Assembly: GCA_965218585.1 (NCBI GenBank)
Contig: CBDCLE010000020.1
Location: forward strand, 28,232 to 92,231
Direction: 5' to 3'
Source of the DNA: Terriglobia bacterium
GTDB taxonomy: Bacteria; Acidobacteriota; Terriglobia; 20CM-2-55-15
DNA: 64,000 bases
In this document: positions 32,043 through 41,225 of the stretch, piece by piece
Numbering within the stretch: position 1 is the stretch's first letter
Layout of the letters: every line of letters begins with the position of its first letter
Notes under the pieces: generated by a model
Told to the model about the DNA's origin: nothing
The model's input: the letters and a program-made list of their open reading frames with translations, nothing else
Databases searched by the model: none
Program-made: the position numbers and the translations under genes

Positions 32043-32465
32043 CTAACCCCCTTCCCGACTTCGAGTAGACCTCCGGATGCTCAAAACGACAAAAAAGATC
32101 GCAGTGGATAGTCCGGCTGAAGTGAGGCAGTACCCGCAATAGGCTTCCAGCACAAACACCTGGATTCCTGTCAGGCCCACTGAAACCGTGAAGGCCGCGG
32201 CTGCGGGCCAGAAAATCAGGCGGAGCGCATCGCTTCCTCCGAAGACCTCAAAAACCGCTGCCGTGAAGACCGCGAAGTAAAATGCCAGTCCGAACCACGA
32301 GAGCGGAATCCCCCCCAGTTCCGAATAGGCACTGTTGAGTACGTCTCCGCAACCCTCGGTGACGTAGCAGGGAATTGGTCCCGAATCGCGGGACAGGGAA
32401 AGGTAGAGCGTATCGACCATCCCTGCAAATGAAAGAGCGAGAACCCCTCCGCCACTGAAGTTCAT
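32043..32465 (-). CDS. Vitamin K epoxide reductase (VKOR) family protein
   Basis: PCYVTEGCGDVLNSAYS, YCGYC; four TM segments. Confidence 0.9.
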   Translation of the reverse strand: MNFSGGGVLALSFAGMVDTLYLSLSRDSGPIPCYVTEGCGDVLNSAYSELGGIPLSWFGLAFYFAVFTAAVFEVFGGSDALRLIFWPAAAAFTVSVGLTGIQVFVLEAYCGYCLTSAGLSTAIFFVVLSIRRSTRSREGG

Positions 32466-33166
32466 TCTGTGTCTGGGATAGCCGAAGCGATCGCGTTTTC
32501 AAATTCTCCGAACGTTCGTGGCAGCGGAAGCATCTGGTCGTTGACAAAGAACGTTGGTGTGCCCGGTAACTGCATCTGCTGGGCGCGTTCCAGGTCGGCC
32601 AGGACGCGTGCTTGGGGACCCCCGGACTGATACGCAGCTTCGAACCGCCCACGGTCTAACCCCAAGCGCTCCGCGTAGGTGATGAACTGCTGTTCGGGAC
32701 TGGGATGGTTCGACCATTGAGTTTGAAGTTCAAACAGCAGGTCGTACATTTCCCAGAAAGCATCCTGTTCTGCAGCAGATTCTGCTGCGATGGCGGCAGG
32801 CAGGGCGTTGGGGTGGATCGCGATCAGGGGGAAGTGATGAAACTCGAGTTGCAGCTGGTCCGGGAACCGGGCCAGCAGTTCGTTGACTACAGGATGAAAT
32901 ACACCACACGTCGGGCACTGGAAATCACCAAACTCTACCAGCGTGACAACTGCGTCTTCAGGACCTTTAACGCGAAGGCTGTTTGTTTGAGCCTCATCTG
33001 AAGTCTGCAGGTTTACCCCGGCGCCTGGGGTTTCCTCCGCTGCACCCTGAGAAAGGAACGCGGCTATAGCGACGGCCGCGAACACGCCAAGCACCAGAAC
33101 GGCTATCGGTTTTGTTTTCGACCCTCTGGCGGTTCTCTTCGACGATGGGTTTGGATTCTTGGTCAT
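32462..33166 (-). CDS. DsbA/BdbD-like membrane-anchored thioredoxin-fold protein
   Basis: EFGDFQCPTC, HFPL, GTPTFFVN. Confidence 0.92.
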   Translation of the reverse strand: MTKNPNPSSKRTARGSKTKPIAVLVLGVFAAVAIAAFLSQGAAEETPGAGVNLQTSDEAQTNSLRVKGPEDAVVTLVEFGDFQCPTCGVFHPVVNELLARFPDQLQLEFHHFPLIAIHPNALPAAIAAESAAEQDAFWEMYDLLFELQTQWSNHPSPEQQFITYAERLGLDRGRFEAAYQSGGPQARVLADLERAQQMQLPGTPTFFVNDQMLPLPRTFGEFENAIASAIPDTE

Positions 33167-33366
33167 GGCCCCATACTAATACGCCGGGTGGCAACTGTCA
33201 CGGGGGCTCTGGTGTGGTTCAGCTACATCGGGTCCGGTTCCGGTCCGGTTCCGATGTCGGACTCGGAATACCTTAGATCGAAGGTCTAGAGCTCCGCCCC
33301 TAGGGGCTTCGGCGATGGGAGTGAGCGAGAAACGTAGAAAAAAATACGAAGAAGTGTAGAAAGCAC

Positions 33367-33395
33367 TTGAAATCCCTGCGTCACCCGACAACAAT
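33367..33395 (+). promoter_or_regulatory. Putative sigma70 promoter
   Basis: TTGAAA-17 bp-AACAAT with A-rich upstream tract. Confidence 0.5.
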
Positions 33396-33401
33396 GCTTA
33401 T

Positions 33402-33603
33402 GTCTCGTGTTCGAGACAATTTTCTTCTAGTGAGTACAAGGCTACTCCAGCCAGGGACGGTAGTCGCTGCATCGGGTTATCAGGAGGATTGAGACGGGAC
33501 GGACCCCGAACGAAACGGATTTCGTAATCAGAGCCAGATGTAGACGGTGAAGGAGACTAGAGGAAAAGGCCTCACAACGTAGGACGCGTTGTGAGCCCTT
33601 TCT
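33402..33603 (+). ncRNA. Candidate structured sRNA with multiple GGA motifs (CsrB/Rsm-like pattern)
   Basis: Promoter, nested helices, 9 GGA in 33455-33584 with several in hairpin loops, terminal hairpin; no + strand ORF. Confidence 0.55.
33565..33603 (+). terminator. Intrinsic terminator-like hairpin
   Basis: CTCACAACG/CGTTGTGAG stem, flanked by AAAAGG and CCTTTCT. Confidence 0.6.
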
Positions 33604-33698
33604 CGTTGCAGGCCGCTTTGTTGAACCTGCAAGCTGCCCCTGGGACCTCGCCAACTCCTTGATAAATTGCTGGTTGTGCCCTGTGCTATAGTCGTGGC

Positions 33699-34085
33699 GT
33701 GCCCGAATACACAGAAGCACACGCCCAATCTGGCATCGACTCCCCGTTGCCGGCAATCGAGTGCTGGGCCAATCAGTATCCCGGCTACGAGATCGACATT
33801 TCGATACCCGAATTCACTTCGATCTGCCCTAAGACCAGCCTTCCCGATTTTGGGGTGCTCCACGTCCGCTATCGACCCGACGCCCTCTGCCTCGAGTTGA
33901 AGTCCCTCAAGAACTACTTCCTTGCCTATCGGAATCTTGGAATTTTCTATGAGAACGTCGTCAACCGCGTGTTGAGAGACTTGGTCGAGGCGTGCTCCCC
34001 GATCGAGATCGAGGTAGTTGGAGAATTCAATGCCCGGGGCGGCATGCGGGCAGTCGTGAAGGCGGACTGGAAGAAAGATAGCTGA
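33699..34085 (+). CDS. queF: NADPH-dependent preQ0 reductase, type I
   Basis: PEFTSICPKTSLPDF, ELKSLKNY, FNARGG. Confidence 0.96.
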   Translation: MPEYTEAHAQSGIDSPLPAIECWANQYPGYEIDISIPEFTSICPKTSLPDFGVLHVRYRPDALCLELKSLKNYFLAYRNLGIFYENVVNRVLRDLVEACSPIEIEVVGEFNARGGMRAVVKADWKKDS

Positions 34086-34132
34086 AAGTTATGAGTTAAT
34101 AATTACAGCAGAAGTTAGTAATTCCTTGACTC

Positions 34133-35965
34133 TTAACTGACGATCTCTCTCACGCGTTCCGATATCTTCTCTGCTCCGAGACCGAAGGCTTCGAGCAGTT
34201 CGTCCGGGCTGCCTGACCGCGGCACTCCCATGACAGCGATTTTGTGGACCCTGGCCTGGTCGCCTACAGCATCGAGAACCGCGTCGCCTATCCCTCCGTC
34301 CCAGTAGTGGTCTTCGACAACCACGATCTGTCCGGTTTCCTTTGCAGCCTTCGTGAGCGTCGCAGCGTCGATCGGTTTGACGGAGTATGCGTCGATGACG
34401 CGGATGTTCACGCCCTCGGACCCGAGGGTCTCGTGGACCTTGAGAGCTTCGTGGAGCGTCACGCCGGCCCCTACGATCGTTGCTCTGTCGCTCGCGGAAC
34501 TACGAAGGACCTTGGAACCGCCGATCCGGAAGTCTTCGTCTGACGGGTAGAGCACGGAAGTCTTGGGCCGGGTCGTGCGGAGGTAGGAAATGCCTGTGTG
34601 GTCAGCCATCACTGTTACGAGGTGTTCGGTCGAGACAGCGTCGCTCGGGTACAGCACGACAGAATTCGGGATTGCACGAAACATCGCGATGTCTTCCAGA
34701 CCCATCTGCGAGGGCCCGTCCTGTCCGATCGAGATTCCGCAGTGGGATCCCACGAAGCAGATATTGGCCTGAGAAATCCGGGCCATGCGGATCTGATCAA
34801 AGGCGCGTGTCAGGAAGGCGGCAAAAGTGGATACGAACGGGATCTTGCCACAGGAGGACATGCCGGCGGCTACACCCACCATGTTTTGTTCCGCGATGAA
34901 CATTTCAAAGAAGTGATCGGCATGTTTGTCGATAAGTTTGCCGGAGAACGTCGAGTTCTTGGTGTCTCCATCAAGGGCCACCACGCGCGGATCCTGATCG
35001 GCCAATTTCACCAGAGCGTCGCCGTATGCCTCTCGTGTTGCCGTCCGGCTTCCGAGTTCTCTGGAAACCTTTACGCTGTGGGAGGCGGGTCCCGCGGACG
35101 AAGCAGGAGATTTCCGTGGCGAGGCGGAGAATCCGTCCTCGGCAAAAGGTTGGGACAATTCTTCGAGCACTGCGGCGAGCTTGTCCTTGGGAACCGGCTT
35201 GCCGTGCCAGTTGTCTTTGTCTTCAAGCAGTGAGACACCCTTACCTTTGAGAGTTTTCGCGACGATCGCCCGGGGCTTGCCCGCACCTTCGTTCCGGCAC
35301 TTGCCGAAGGCATCCACAATCTGGTCATAATCATGGCCGTCGATCGAGACGGCATACCAACCAAAGGCCCTGAAGATATCGGCAAAGCGATCCGCATCGA
35401 ATCCATACATGGTCCGCTGGCTCTGGCCCTGACCATTGACGTCGACAATGGCGAACAGATTGTCCACATTGTAATGACCTGCTAGTGCCGCCGCCTCCCA
35501 TACTGAACCTTCAGCGCATTCGCCGTCCCCCAGCAGAGTGAAGGTGTCGTATCCGGCGCCGTCGAGACGAGAAGCCAGGGCGATCCCGAGGGCCGCGGAC
35601 AGACCTTGACCCAGTGATCCGGTCGCGATGTCGATCCAGGGCATTCGGGGCGTGGGATGACCCTCCAGATCGCTATCGAATTTTCTTAGCATCATGGGCG
35701 CGTCCGGATCAATGATGCCGGCCTCCGCATAGGCGGCCCATAGCAGGGGAGCGGCATGACCCTTGGAGAGTACAAATCGATCGTTGGCCCGATTCCCTGG
35801 GTCGGCCGGGTCGTAGTGCATCTCCTCAAAAAACGTAACCGACGCCAGGTCGGCCGCCGACAGGCACGAGGAGGGGTGCCCGGAACCGGCTTCAGTAGTC
35901 GCTTTTATCGACGAGACGCGCATGCGGCGCGCCTTTTCTTTCAGGAACGCGATCGAAGTAGCCAT
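34133..35965 (-). CDS. tkt: Transketolase
   Basis: GSGHPSS, LSKGHAAP, TGSLGQG, GDGECAEG, IAEQNM, GQDGPSQ. Confidence 0.96.
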   Translation of the reverse strand: MATSIAFLKEKARRMRVSSIKATTEAGSGHPSSCLSAADLASVTFFEEMHYDPADPGNRANDRFVLSKGHAAPLLWAAYAEAGIIDPDAPMMLRKFDSDLEGHPTPRMPWIDIATGSLGQGLSAALGIALASRLDGAGYDTFTLLGDGECAEGSVWEAAALAGHYNVDNLFAIVDVNGQGQSQRTMYGFDADRFADIFRAFGWYAVSIDGHDYDQIVDAFGKCRNEGAGKPRAIVAKTLKGKGVSLLEDKDNWHGKPVPKDKLAAVLEELSQPFAEDGFSASPRKSPASSAGPASHSVKVSRELGSRTATREAYGDALVKLADQDPRVVALDGDTKNSTFSGKLIDKHADHFFEMFIAEQNMVGVAAGMSSCGKIPFVSTFAAFLTRAFDQIRMARISQANICFVGSHCGISIGQDGPSQMGLEDIAMFRAIPNSVVLYPSDAVSTEHLVTVMADHTGISYLRTTRPKTSVLYPSDEDFRIGGSKVLRSSASDRATIVGAGVTLHEALKVHETLGSEGVNIRVIDAYSVKPIDAATLTKAAKETGQIVVVEDHYWDGGIGDAVLDAVGDQARVHKIAVMGVPRSGSPDELLEAFGLGAEKISERVREIVS

Positions 35966-36006
35966 GACTCGAATTTGCTCTCTTTAAGGTTCAATAACGG
36001 GTCTTC

Positions 36007-36078
36007 TGTAGGTGCGCTCTATGAGCGCACGAAGCGTGCCGAACCTCCAAAAACGTGCGGTCACAGACCGCACCTACA
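36007..36078. repeat. GTAG-type REP doublet (REPIN-like)
   Basis: TGTAGGTGCGCTCTATGAGCGCAC ... GTGCGGTCACAGACCGCACCTACA; degenerate single copy near 2920-2940. Confidence 0.85.
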
Positions 36079-36286
36079 GTTGAAAAGATCCCGACGGATT
36101 TTTCGACAGAAGGCTGGCAAGCCGAGGGGATTATACGACGCTTCAGAGGTCAGATGCGGGGCAATTCGGCTCACGAAAGGACGCTGGTGGAAATATTTTA
36201 TGGGTTAATGCTGTTGGGGACAGTGAGGACTATTCGTGGCTGAAAGGATGGTAGGGAGTAAAACTATAAAAACTATAACAAATATA

Positions 36287-36315
36287 TTGACAGCATTCCG
36301 GCGATACCGCAGAAT
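36287..36315 (+). promoter_or_regulatory. Putative sigma70 promoter
   Basis: TTGACA-17 bp-CAGAAT, preceded by AAAACTATA twice. Confidence 0.65.
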
Positions 36316-36321
36316 TCAAGT

Positions 36322-36384
36322 TATCTCATTAATTTGAGCGTTCCCCACACTCCGGGCCCCGTGTAAGCGGGGCCTTTTTTCTTT
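36322..36384 (+). ncRNA. Candidate ~60-nt sRNA
   Basis: Lies between a strong promoter and an intrinsic terminator; C-rich TTCCCCACACTCC. Confidence 0.5.
36355..36384 (+). terminator. Rho-independent terminator
   Basis: GGCCCCG-TGTAAG-CGGGGCC-TTTTTTCTTT. Confidence 0.8.
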
Positions 36385-36454
36385 CTCCCGACAGTGTCTC
36401 TCGACGCGAGCAGGAGACGTTCATCTGTCGTAATCGGATTCCTACGAAGCCGTC

Positions 36455-36727
36455 CTACGAACTTGGATGAGACTGGCTATGCCGACTGGTGAGACTTGTG
36501 AAGAGTCCTGTATCCGTGTCCTGACAATGCGCCGGTCGGCGAAGGCAGGCGACTAAAAACGTACAGGAGGCTGCTTTGGCTTTTACGAATGTCCAGTCGA
36601 CCGGCTTGGTATGAATCGGACACTCGGGGAACGGCTCTCCCTGAAGAACGGTGATTTCGTGACCGCAATCGCTCGATGTGTAGATGCCGGGCTGTGTGCA
36701 GGATTCGCCGGTGCGAAAGATGTCCAA
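36455..36727 (-). CDS. YjzC-like small Cys-rich protein (start uncertain, IS immediately upstream)
   Basis: FRTGESCTQPGIY..CGHEITV..GEPFPECP..VDWTFV. Confidence 0.6.
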   Translation of the reverse strand: MDIFRTGESCTQPGIYTSSDCGHEITVLQGEPFPECPIHTKPVDWTFVKAKAASCTFLVACLRRPAHCQDTDTGLFTSLTSRHSQSHPSS

Positions 36728-36729
36728 CG

Positions 36730-38568
36730 CGCATTGACTCATTGAAAATGTTACCGAACTGAGGGTTGTTGCCTCATTAGAAATGTTACCCAACTCTATG
36801 AGAACGGAGGTGGGAAGTGAGGACACACATGACTGTTGCGGCAAGGCGAGAATTAGCTCTACGAACGGCGGTTCGCTACAAGAATGCGGCGCGACCGGAG
36901 AAGAAGCGAATCCTGGATGAGTTCCTTGAATCGACCGGGTTCCATCGGAAGCACGCGACACGGCTTCTGAACGACATTCTGAGGGGCGAACGGCCCCGAC
37001 GGCAACCGCGCGGCCGGGTCCGTCGATACGGCCCCGCGGTGCAGGCCGCCCTGATCGCGGCCTGGCGCACAGTCAATGATGTCTGTGGCAAACGGCTCGT
37101 TCCGTTTCTGCCGGAGCTGATCCCGACCATGGAGCGTCACGGGCATCTGTCATTGTCTGATAAAACGCGGGCGGATCTGCTTGAGCTGAGCGCCGCCACG
37201 GCTGATCGGATCTTCCGTCAATTCCGATTCGATCATCGACCGCACGGCAAGACCACCACCAAGTCCGGACAGTTACTCAAACACCGCGTTCCGATTCGCA
37301 CATTCGCCGACTGGGCGGACACGCGGCCGGGATTCATGGAAGCGGACTTGGTTGCACACTGCGGCGGGAACTCGGAAGGCCCTTTCCTCCACACCCTGGT
37401 ACTGACCGACGTGGCGACCGGCTGGACCGAATGTCTGGCGTTGCTACGGCGTACGGAGGCGGACATTCTGCAGGCGCTCACGACGGCACGGCAGATCCTT
37501 CCGTTTCAGCTTGTCGGCCTGGACACGGATAACGGTTCCGAGTTCATGAACTACGGACTCCTCGCCTACTGCGAGCGTGAAACGATTCAATTCACCCGAG
37601 GCCGGGCGCGCCGGAAGAACGACCAGTGCTTCGTCGAACAGAAGAACGGCTCGATCGTCCGCCAATTGGTCGGCTACGACCGCTACGAAGGCTCACTGGC
37701 ATACAGGCAGCTTGCCGAGCTCTACCGAGTGGTCCGGCTCTACGTGAACTTCTTCCAGCCGTCCATGAAGCTCACGACGAAGACTCGCGATGGATCCCGG
37801 GTGACGAAACGCTACGATATCGCGCAAACACCCTATCAACGGCTCTCGAATTCGGATGCGCTCGACCCGGAGGTTCGCGTTCGCCTTGCTGCGATTTATG
37901 AACGTTCGGATCCGGTCGATCTCCTACGACAGCTTGAGAAACTCCAGGATGCATTCTGGAGACATGCGAAGGAACTGGCCTCTCCCACGCTAACGGACGA
38001 CATCGTGCGCGCCGCCCTTGTGTCCCCGAACTGCGACGCAGATGCAGACCGAGCCCCGATTGAGGCGGAACTCCCCGATCCCGGCTTCGAGCAACGAATC
38101 ACGCGTCGGTATCGCAAAACACGGAAACAACCTGTGCCCCACATCTGGCGTACTCGCCCGGACCCGTTCGACGGCGTCTGGGAGGAGATGCGGTCATGGC
38201 TTGAATCCGATCCCGGGCGAACATCAAAGTCGCTGTTGCTTGAGCTTCAGCAGCGGCGCCCGGGACGTTACCCCAACGGTCAGTTACGGACCCTGCAGCG
38301 GCGCGTGCGCGAATGGCGGCGTCAGATTCTGGAGACTTTCGATGGCGAGTGGCTCGAACTGGATCGGGTCCGCCCGGCTTCAGCATCTGCGGGCGACGGG
38401 GGCTGTGGAAAAGGCGGTCGCCCCGCGACCTTGGGAAACTCGAAGAGTTTCCCACTTTCCCACAGCCTCGACGGCGGGAAGAACTCTCCCGTTTGACCGG
38501 TCGTTCGGTAACATTTTCGATGAGGCAACAACCCTCAGTTCGGTAACATTTTTAAATGAGGCAATACG
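36730..38568 (+). mobile_element. ISNCY-type element with ~60-bp terminal inverted repeats
   Basis: Both ends carry two TTGCCTCAT..AAATGTTACC units separated by GAACTGAGGG, inverted; no clear target duplication. Confidence 0.88.
36817..38496 (+). CDS. Integrase-core (DDE) transposase
   Basis: EADLVAH, DTDNGSEF, CFVEQKNG, NFFQPS; C-terminal RTRPDPF..LRTLQRR domain. Confidence 0.92.
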   Translation: MRTHMTVAARRELALRTAVRYKNAARPEKKRILDEFLESTGFHRKHATRLLNDILRGERPRRQPRGRVRRYGPAVQAALIAAWRTVNDVCGKRLVPFLPELIPTMERHGHLSLSDKTRADLLELSAATADRIFRQFRFDHRPHGKTTTKSGQLLKHRVPIRTFADWADTRPGFMEADLVAHCGGNSEGPFLHTLVLTDVATGWTECLALLRRTEADILQALTTARQILPFQLVGLDTDNGSEFMNYGLLAYCERETIQFTRGRARRKNDQCFVEQKNGSIVRQLVGYDRYEGSLAYRQLAELYRVVRLYVNFFQPSMKLTTKTRDGSRVTKRYDIAQTPYQRLSNSDALDPEVRVRLAAIYERSDPVDLLRQLEKLQDAFWRHAKELASPTLTDDIVRAALVSPNCDADADRAPIEAELPDPGFEQRITRRYRKTRKQPVPHIWRTRPDPFDGVWEEMRSWLESDPGRTSKSLLLELQQRRPGRYPNGQLRTLQRRVREWRRQILETFDGEWLELDRVRPASASAGDGGCGKGGRPATLGNSKSFPLSHSLDGGKNSPV

Positions 38569-38847
38569 GCCGGGAGTTTTGATTGTCGCTGATCAAAAGA
38601 TGGGCCTTCTGACTTCGCGGGTCTCCACGTCTCCTCCCGAGGGCGTCGTCCGAGTCGCAAACAGAATGGGCCCGGCCAACCAACCGAAAGGCCATCTTCG
38701 AGAGGGTCAGCCAGGCACGGGAGCGCTTGCCTTTGATGGAGAGATTACTCGCGCACCCAAGGGAATTATATTCCTGGGTTTGGCAGTAAGGAAGGAAAAG
38801 CGGACAGGCAATTCGAAACGAAATCGGAGGCTACAAGACAGCTGAAC

Positions 38848-39339
38848 TTACGAAGTGGCTGCTCGGGTTCCGGCCGAAGCCATCTGTTCAAATTCCCTTT
38901 CAGACTCCTCCGGAACCATCACCCAGAGAGTGTAGATGCCGAGAGCAGTGCCGAAAGGAATATTCGCTAGGTTCAGTCCGCCAAACACTATTGCTAACAT
39001 CCTTCCCCAAGGCTCGCGCGTGAGTAGACTGGCGCCGGTGACGATGCTCACGATAGTGATCACCGAGAAGAATCCTCCCAGGACAGAAAAGACTGCAACG
39101 GCTGGGGCCGGCAGGTTTGGCGGGAAGGTCGGTGCGGTCAGGGCTAGCCAGACCATGATAACGGCAGGAACCAGATGCATTGCTCCCATCCCGAGCCAAA
39201 AGATTCCCAACAGGTTCAGGTGTCCCGCTATTCGTCCTCGTTGGATGACCCGAGCGTCAGGCCGTCCGGTCGCCTTACCGCAGTCTGAGCAGAAAGAGGC
39301 GACATCCGGCAGCTCGCTTCCGCATTCAGCACAAAACAT
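38848..39339 (-). CDS. Zinc-ribbon membrane protein
   Basis: MFCAECG..FCSDCG plus TM helices, IPFGTALGIYTLWV. Confidence 0.85.
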   Translation of the reverse strand: MFCAECGSELPDVASFCSDCGKATGRPDARVIQRGRIAGHLNLLGIFWLGMGAMHLVPAVIMVWLALTAPTFPPNLPAPAVAVFSVLGGFFSVITIVSIVTGASLLTREPWGRMLAIVFGGLNLANIPFGTALGIYTLWVMVPEESEREFEQMASAGTRAATS

Positions 39340-39440
39340 AATGTCTCCTTGCAGATGTTTACGTTCCAGGTATACGGAGAACGTTCCAAGAAGGTTCCAT
39401 CGAGTATCTGTTGCTAAACCGCTGGTTACAGACGGAGGAA

Positions 39441-39452
39441 GCGGAGAGGGTG
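39441..39452 (-). other. Putative att core resembling a tRNA-Ser 3' end
   Basis: Reverse strand CACCCTCTCCGC, about 145 bp upstream of the integrase. Confidence 0.4.
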
Positions 39453-39596
39453 TCCGACTACTTGCTATCCATCAAGATCCAAGTAAATTCATTTGAGCCC
39501 ATATTTACAGGGTCTTTGTAGCCCTCTCCTGTCCAGTGTCATCCAGTATAATCTTATCAAAACCCACAAATAATGTGGGTCTGAATGTGGGGTTGC

Positions 39597-40853
39597 ATGC
39601 CAAGAAAGAAGAAAGGAAAGCACCCAGAGAAGGCGCTCTCAGCCACCCGAGTTCGCTCGGTCTCTCAGCCAGGTCGATACCCTGACGGGAACGGCCTTTA
39701 TCTGGTCGTAAGGCCGTCTGGCTCTAAGAGTTGGTTACTCAGGACAGTTGTGCGTGGAAAACGCTGTGATATTGGGCTCGGTGGGCGATCCGTCGTGCCA
39801 CTAGCGGCGGCACGTGAAGAGGCAGCACGCCTGAGAAAGATCGCTCGAGACGGCGGTGATCCTCTGGCGGAACGGCAGAAGGCGAAACGGGTTGTTCCCA
39901 CGTTCGATGAAGCGGCACGCCAAGTACACGCCAGCCTGTCTCCCTCCTTCCGGAACGTGAAGCATCGGAGGCAGTGGATCGGTAGCCTCGAAACCTACGT
40001 TGCCCCAATTTTCGGCAACCGCAGGGTAGATCACGTCGACACCGCCAATGTGCTGCAGGCGCTCGAGCCGATCTGGCTCAAAAGGCCCGAGACAGCACGC
40101 CGTATTCGCCAACGGATTCGTGCTGTTCTCGACTGGGCGAAGGCATCAGGGTACCGGTCTGGGGACAATCCGGTCGATGGTCTGAAGCGAGTGCTCCCAA
40201 AGCAGCCGACCGCTCAGCAGCATCACGCCGCATTACCGTACCCGCAGGTGGCAGCGTTCATTAGCTCTCTACATGAGAGCGGCGCGGGGATTTCGGTGAA
40301 GCTGGCGTTCGAGTTCTTGATTCTGACCGCGACCCGTACCAGTGAAGTTCTCAAGGCCCGTTGGAGTGAGATCGATCTCGAAGCCAAAACGTGGACCATC
40401 CCGGCGGACCGCATGAAGGCTGGCCGGGAACATCGTGTGCCCCTGTCGCCACTATGCGTCGAGATCTTGGAGAGCGCGAAACACATTAGAAACGGGGGTG
40501 AATACGTCTTTCCAAGTCGATCCTCAAAGCAGCCGTTGTCCAACATGGCTTTCCATATGGCCCTGCGACGCATGAACCGCTCGGACTGCACACCGCATGG
40601 ATTCCGGTCCAGTTTCCGCGATTGGGCGGCGGAACGAACCAATGTCCCGCGTGAGGTTTGCGAGGCCGCATTAGCCCATACGCTGAGGGACAAGACTGAA
40701 GCGGCCTACAATCGCACCGATCTTTTCGAGCAACGGCGGAAACTGATGAATTCGTGGGCCGTCTTCTCTGGGAAAACTGGCGATAGGAAACGCGTTGCCG
40801 TACAAAGAACTGATAATCCTTCGCTTCAACAAGAGGCTTCGTCTCGCCATTAA
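39597..40853 (+). CDS. P4-like tyrosine integrase
   Basis: Arm domain DGNGLYL; LTATRTSE, MKAGREHRVPL, HGFRSSF, LAH, AAYNR. Confidence 0.95.
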   Translation: MPRKKKGKHPEKALSATRVRSVSQPGRYPDGNGLYLVVRPSGSKSWLLRTVVRGKRCDIGLGGRSVVPLAAAREEAARLRKIARDGGDPLAERQKAKRVVPTFDEAARQVHASLSPSFRNVKHRRQWIGSLETYVAPIFGNRRVDHVDTANVLQALEPIWLKRPETARRIRQRIRAVLDWAKASGYRSGDNPVDGLKRVLPKQPTAQQHHAALPYPQVAAFISSLHESGAGISVKLAFEFLILTATRTSEVLKARWSEIDLEAKTWTIPADRMKAGREHRVPLSPLCVEILESAKHIRNGGEYVFPSRSSKQPLSNMAFHMALRRMNRSDCTPHGFRSSFRDWAAERTNVPREVCEAALAHTLRDKTEAAYNRTDLFEQRRKLMNSWAVFSGKTGDRKRVAVQRTDNPSLQQEASSRH

Positions 40854-41126
40854 GCGAGTCTCTGGGGTATCCGATCTGCCGAAGCATTTTATTATGTAGT
40901 GAAAGATTGCAGCCCGCCACAGCATTTGTTTGAGAACGGGCGGTTCATCCGGCACCTGATTTATCATCTCCAAACATTCAGCGGCAAACGCCAGATCGGT
41001 TTCGTGCAGAAACAATGCTGCAAGTCGCTTCGCTTGAGATCCATCTATCCGAATGACCTTTGCCGCGTCGGGAAAACCCTCGATCTGGATTCCTGCATCT
41101 GTCTTGGTTATAGAGAAATATTCCAT
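40850..41126 (-). CDS. Hypothetical protein, probably truncated (ORF reads on into the integrase antisense)
   Basis: GGAGG RBS; MEYFSITKT..; lower GC. Confidence 0.45.
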
Positions 41127-41225
41127 TCCGCTGCCTCCACTTCAATAACCTCCGCAAATGGCCCGCTTCAAGTCGTCGGCGGGTCATCGATGCTACCGTA
41201 ACCCCATCTGCAAGTAATCCACTAG

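Noticed and set aside
33231-33253. GGTCCGGTTCC tandem repeat
   Set aside because: Short low-complexity GC-rich repeat with no supporting context
33402-33603. 6S RNA or preQ1 riboswitch upstream of queF
   Set aside because: Branched GGA-loop structure rather than a single rod with central bubble; no preQ1-I consensus seen, and queF has its own adjacent -10 box. Not excluded without an Rfam scan
36730-36790. CRISPR-like repeats at 36.7 kb and 38.5 kb
   Set aside because: Only two units per end with the same spacer, inverted around a transposase: these are IS ends
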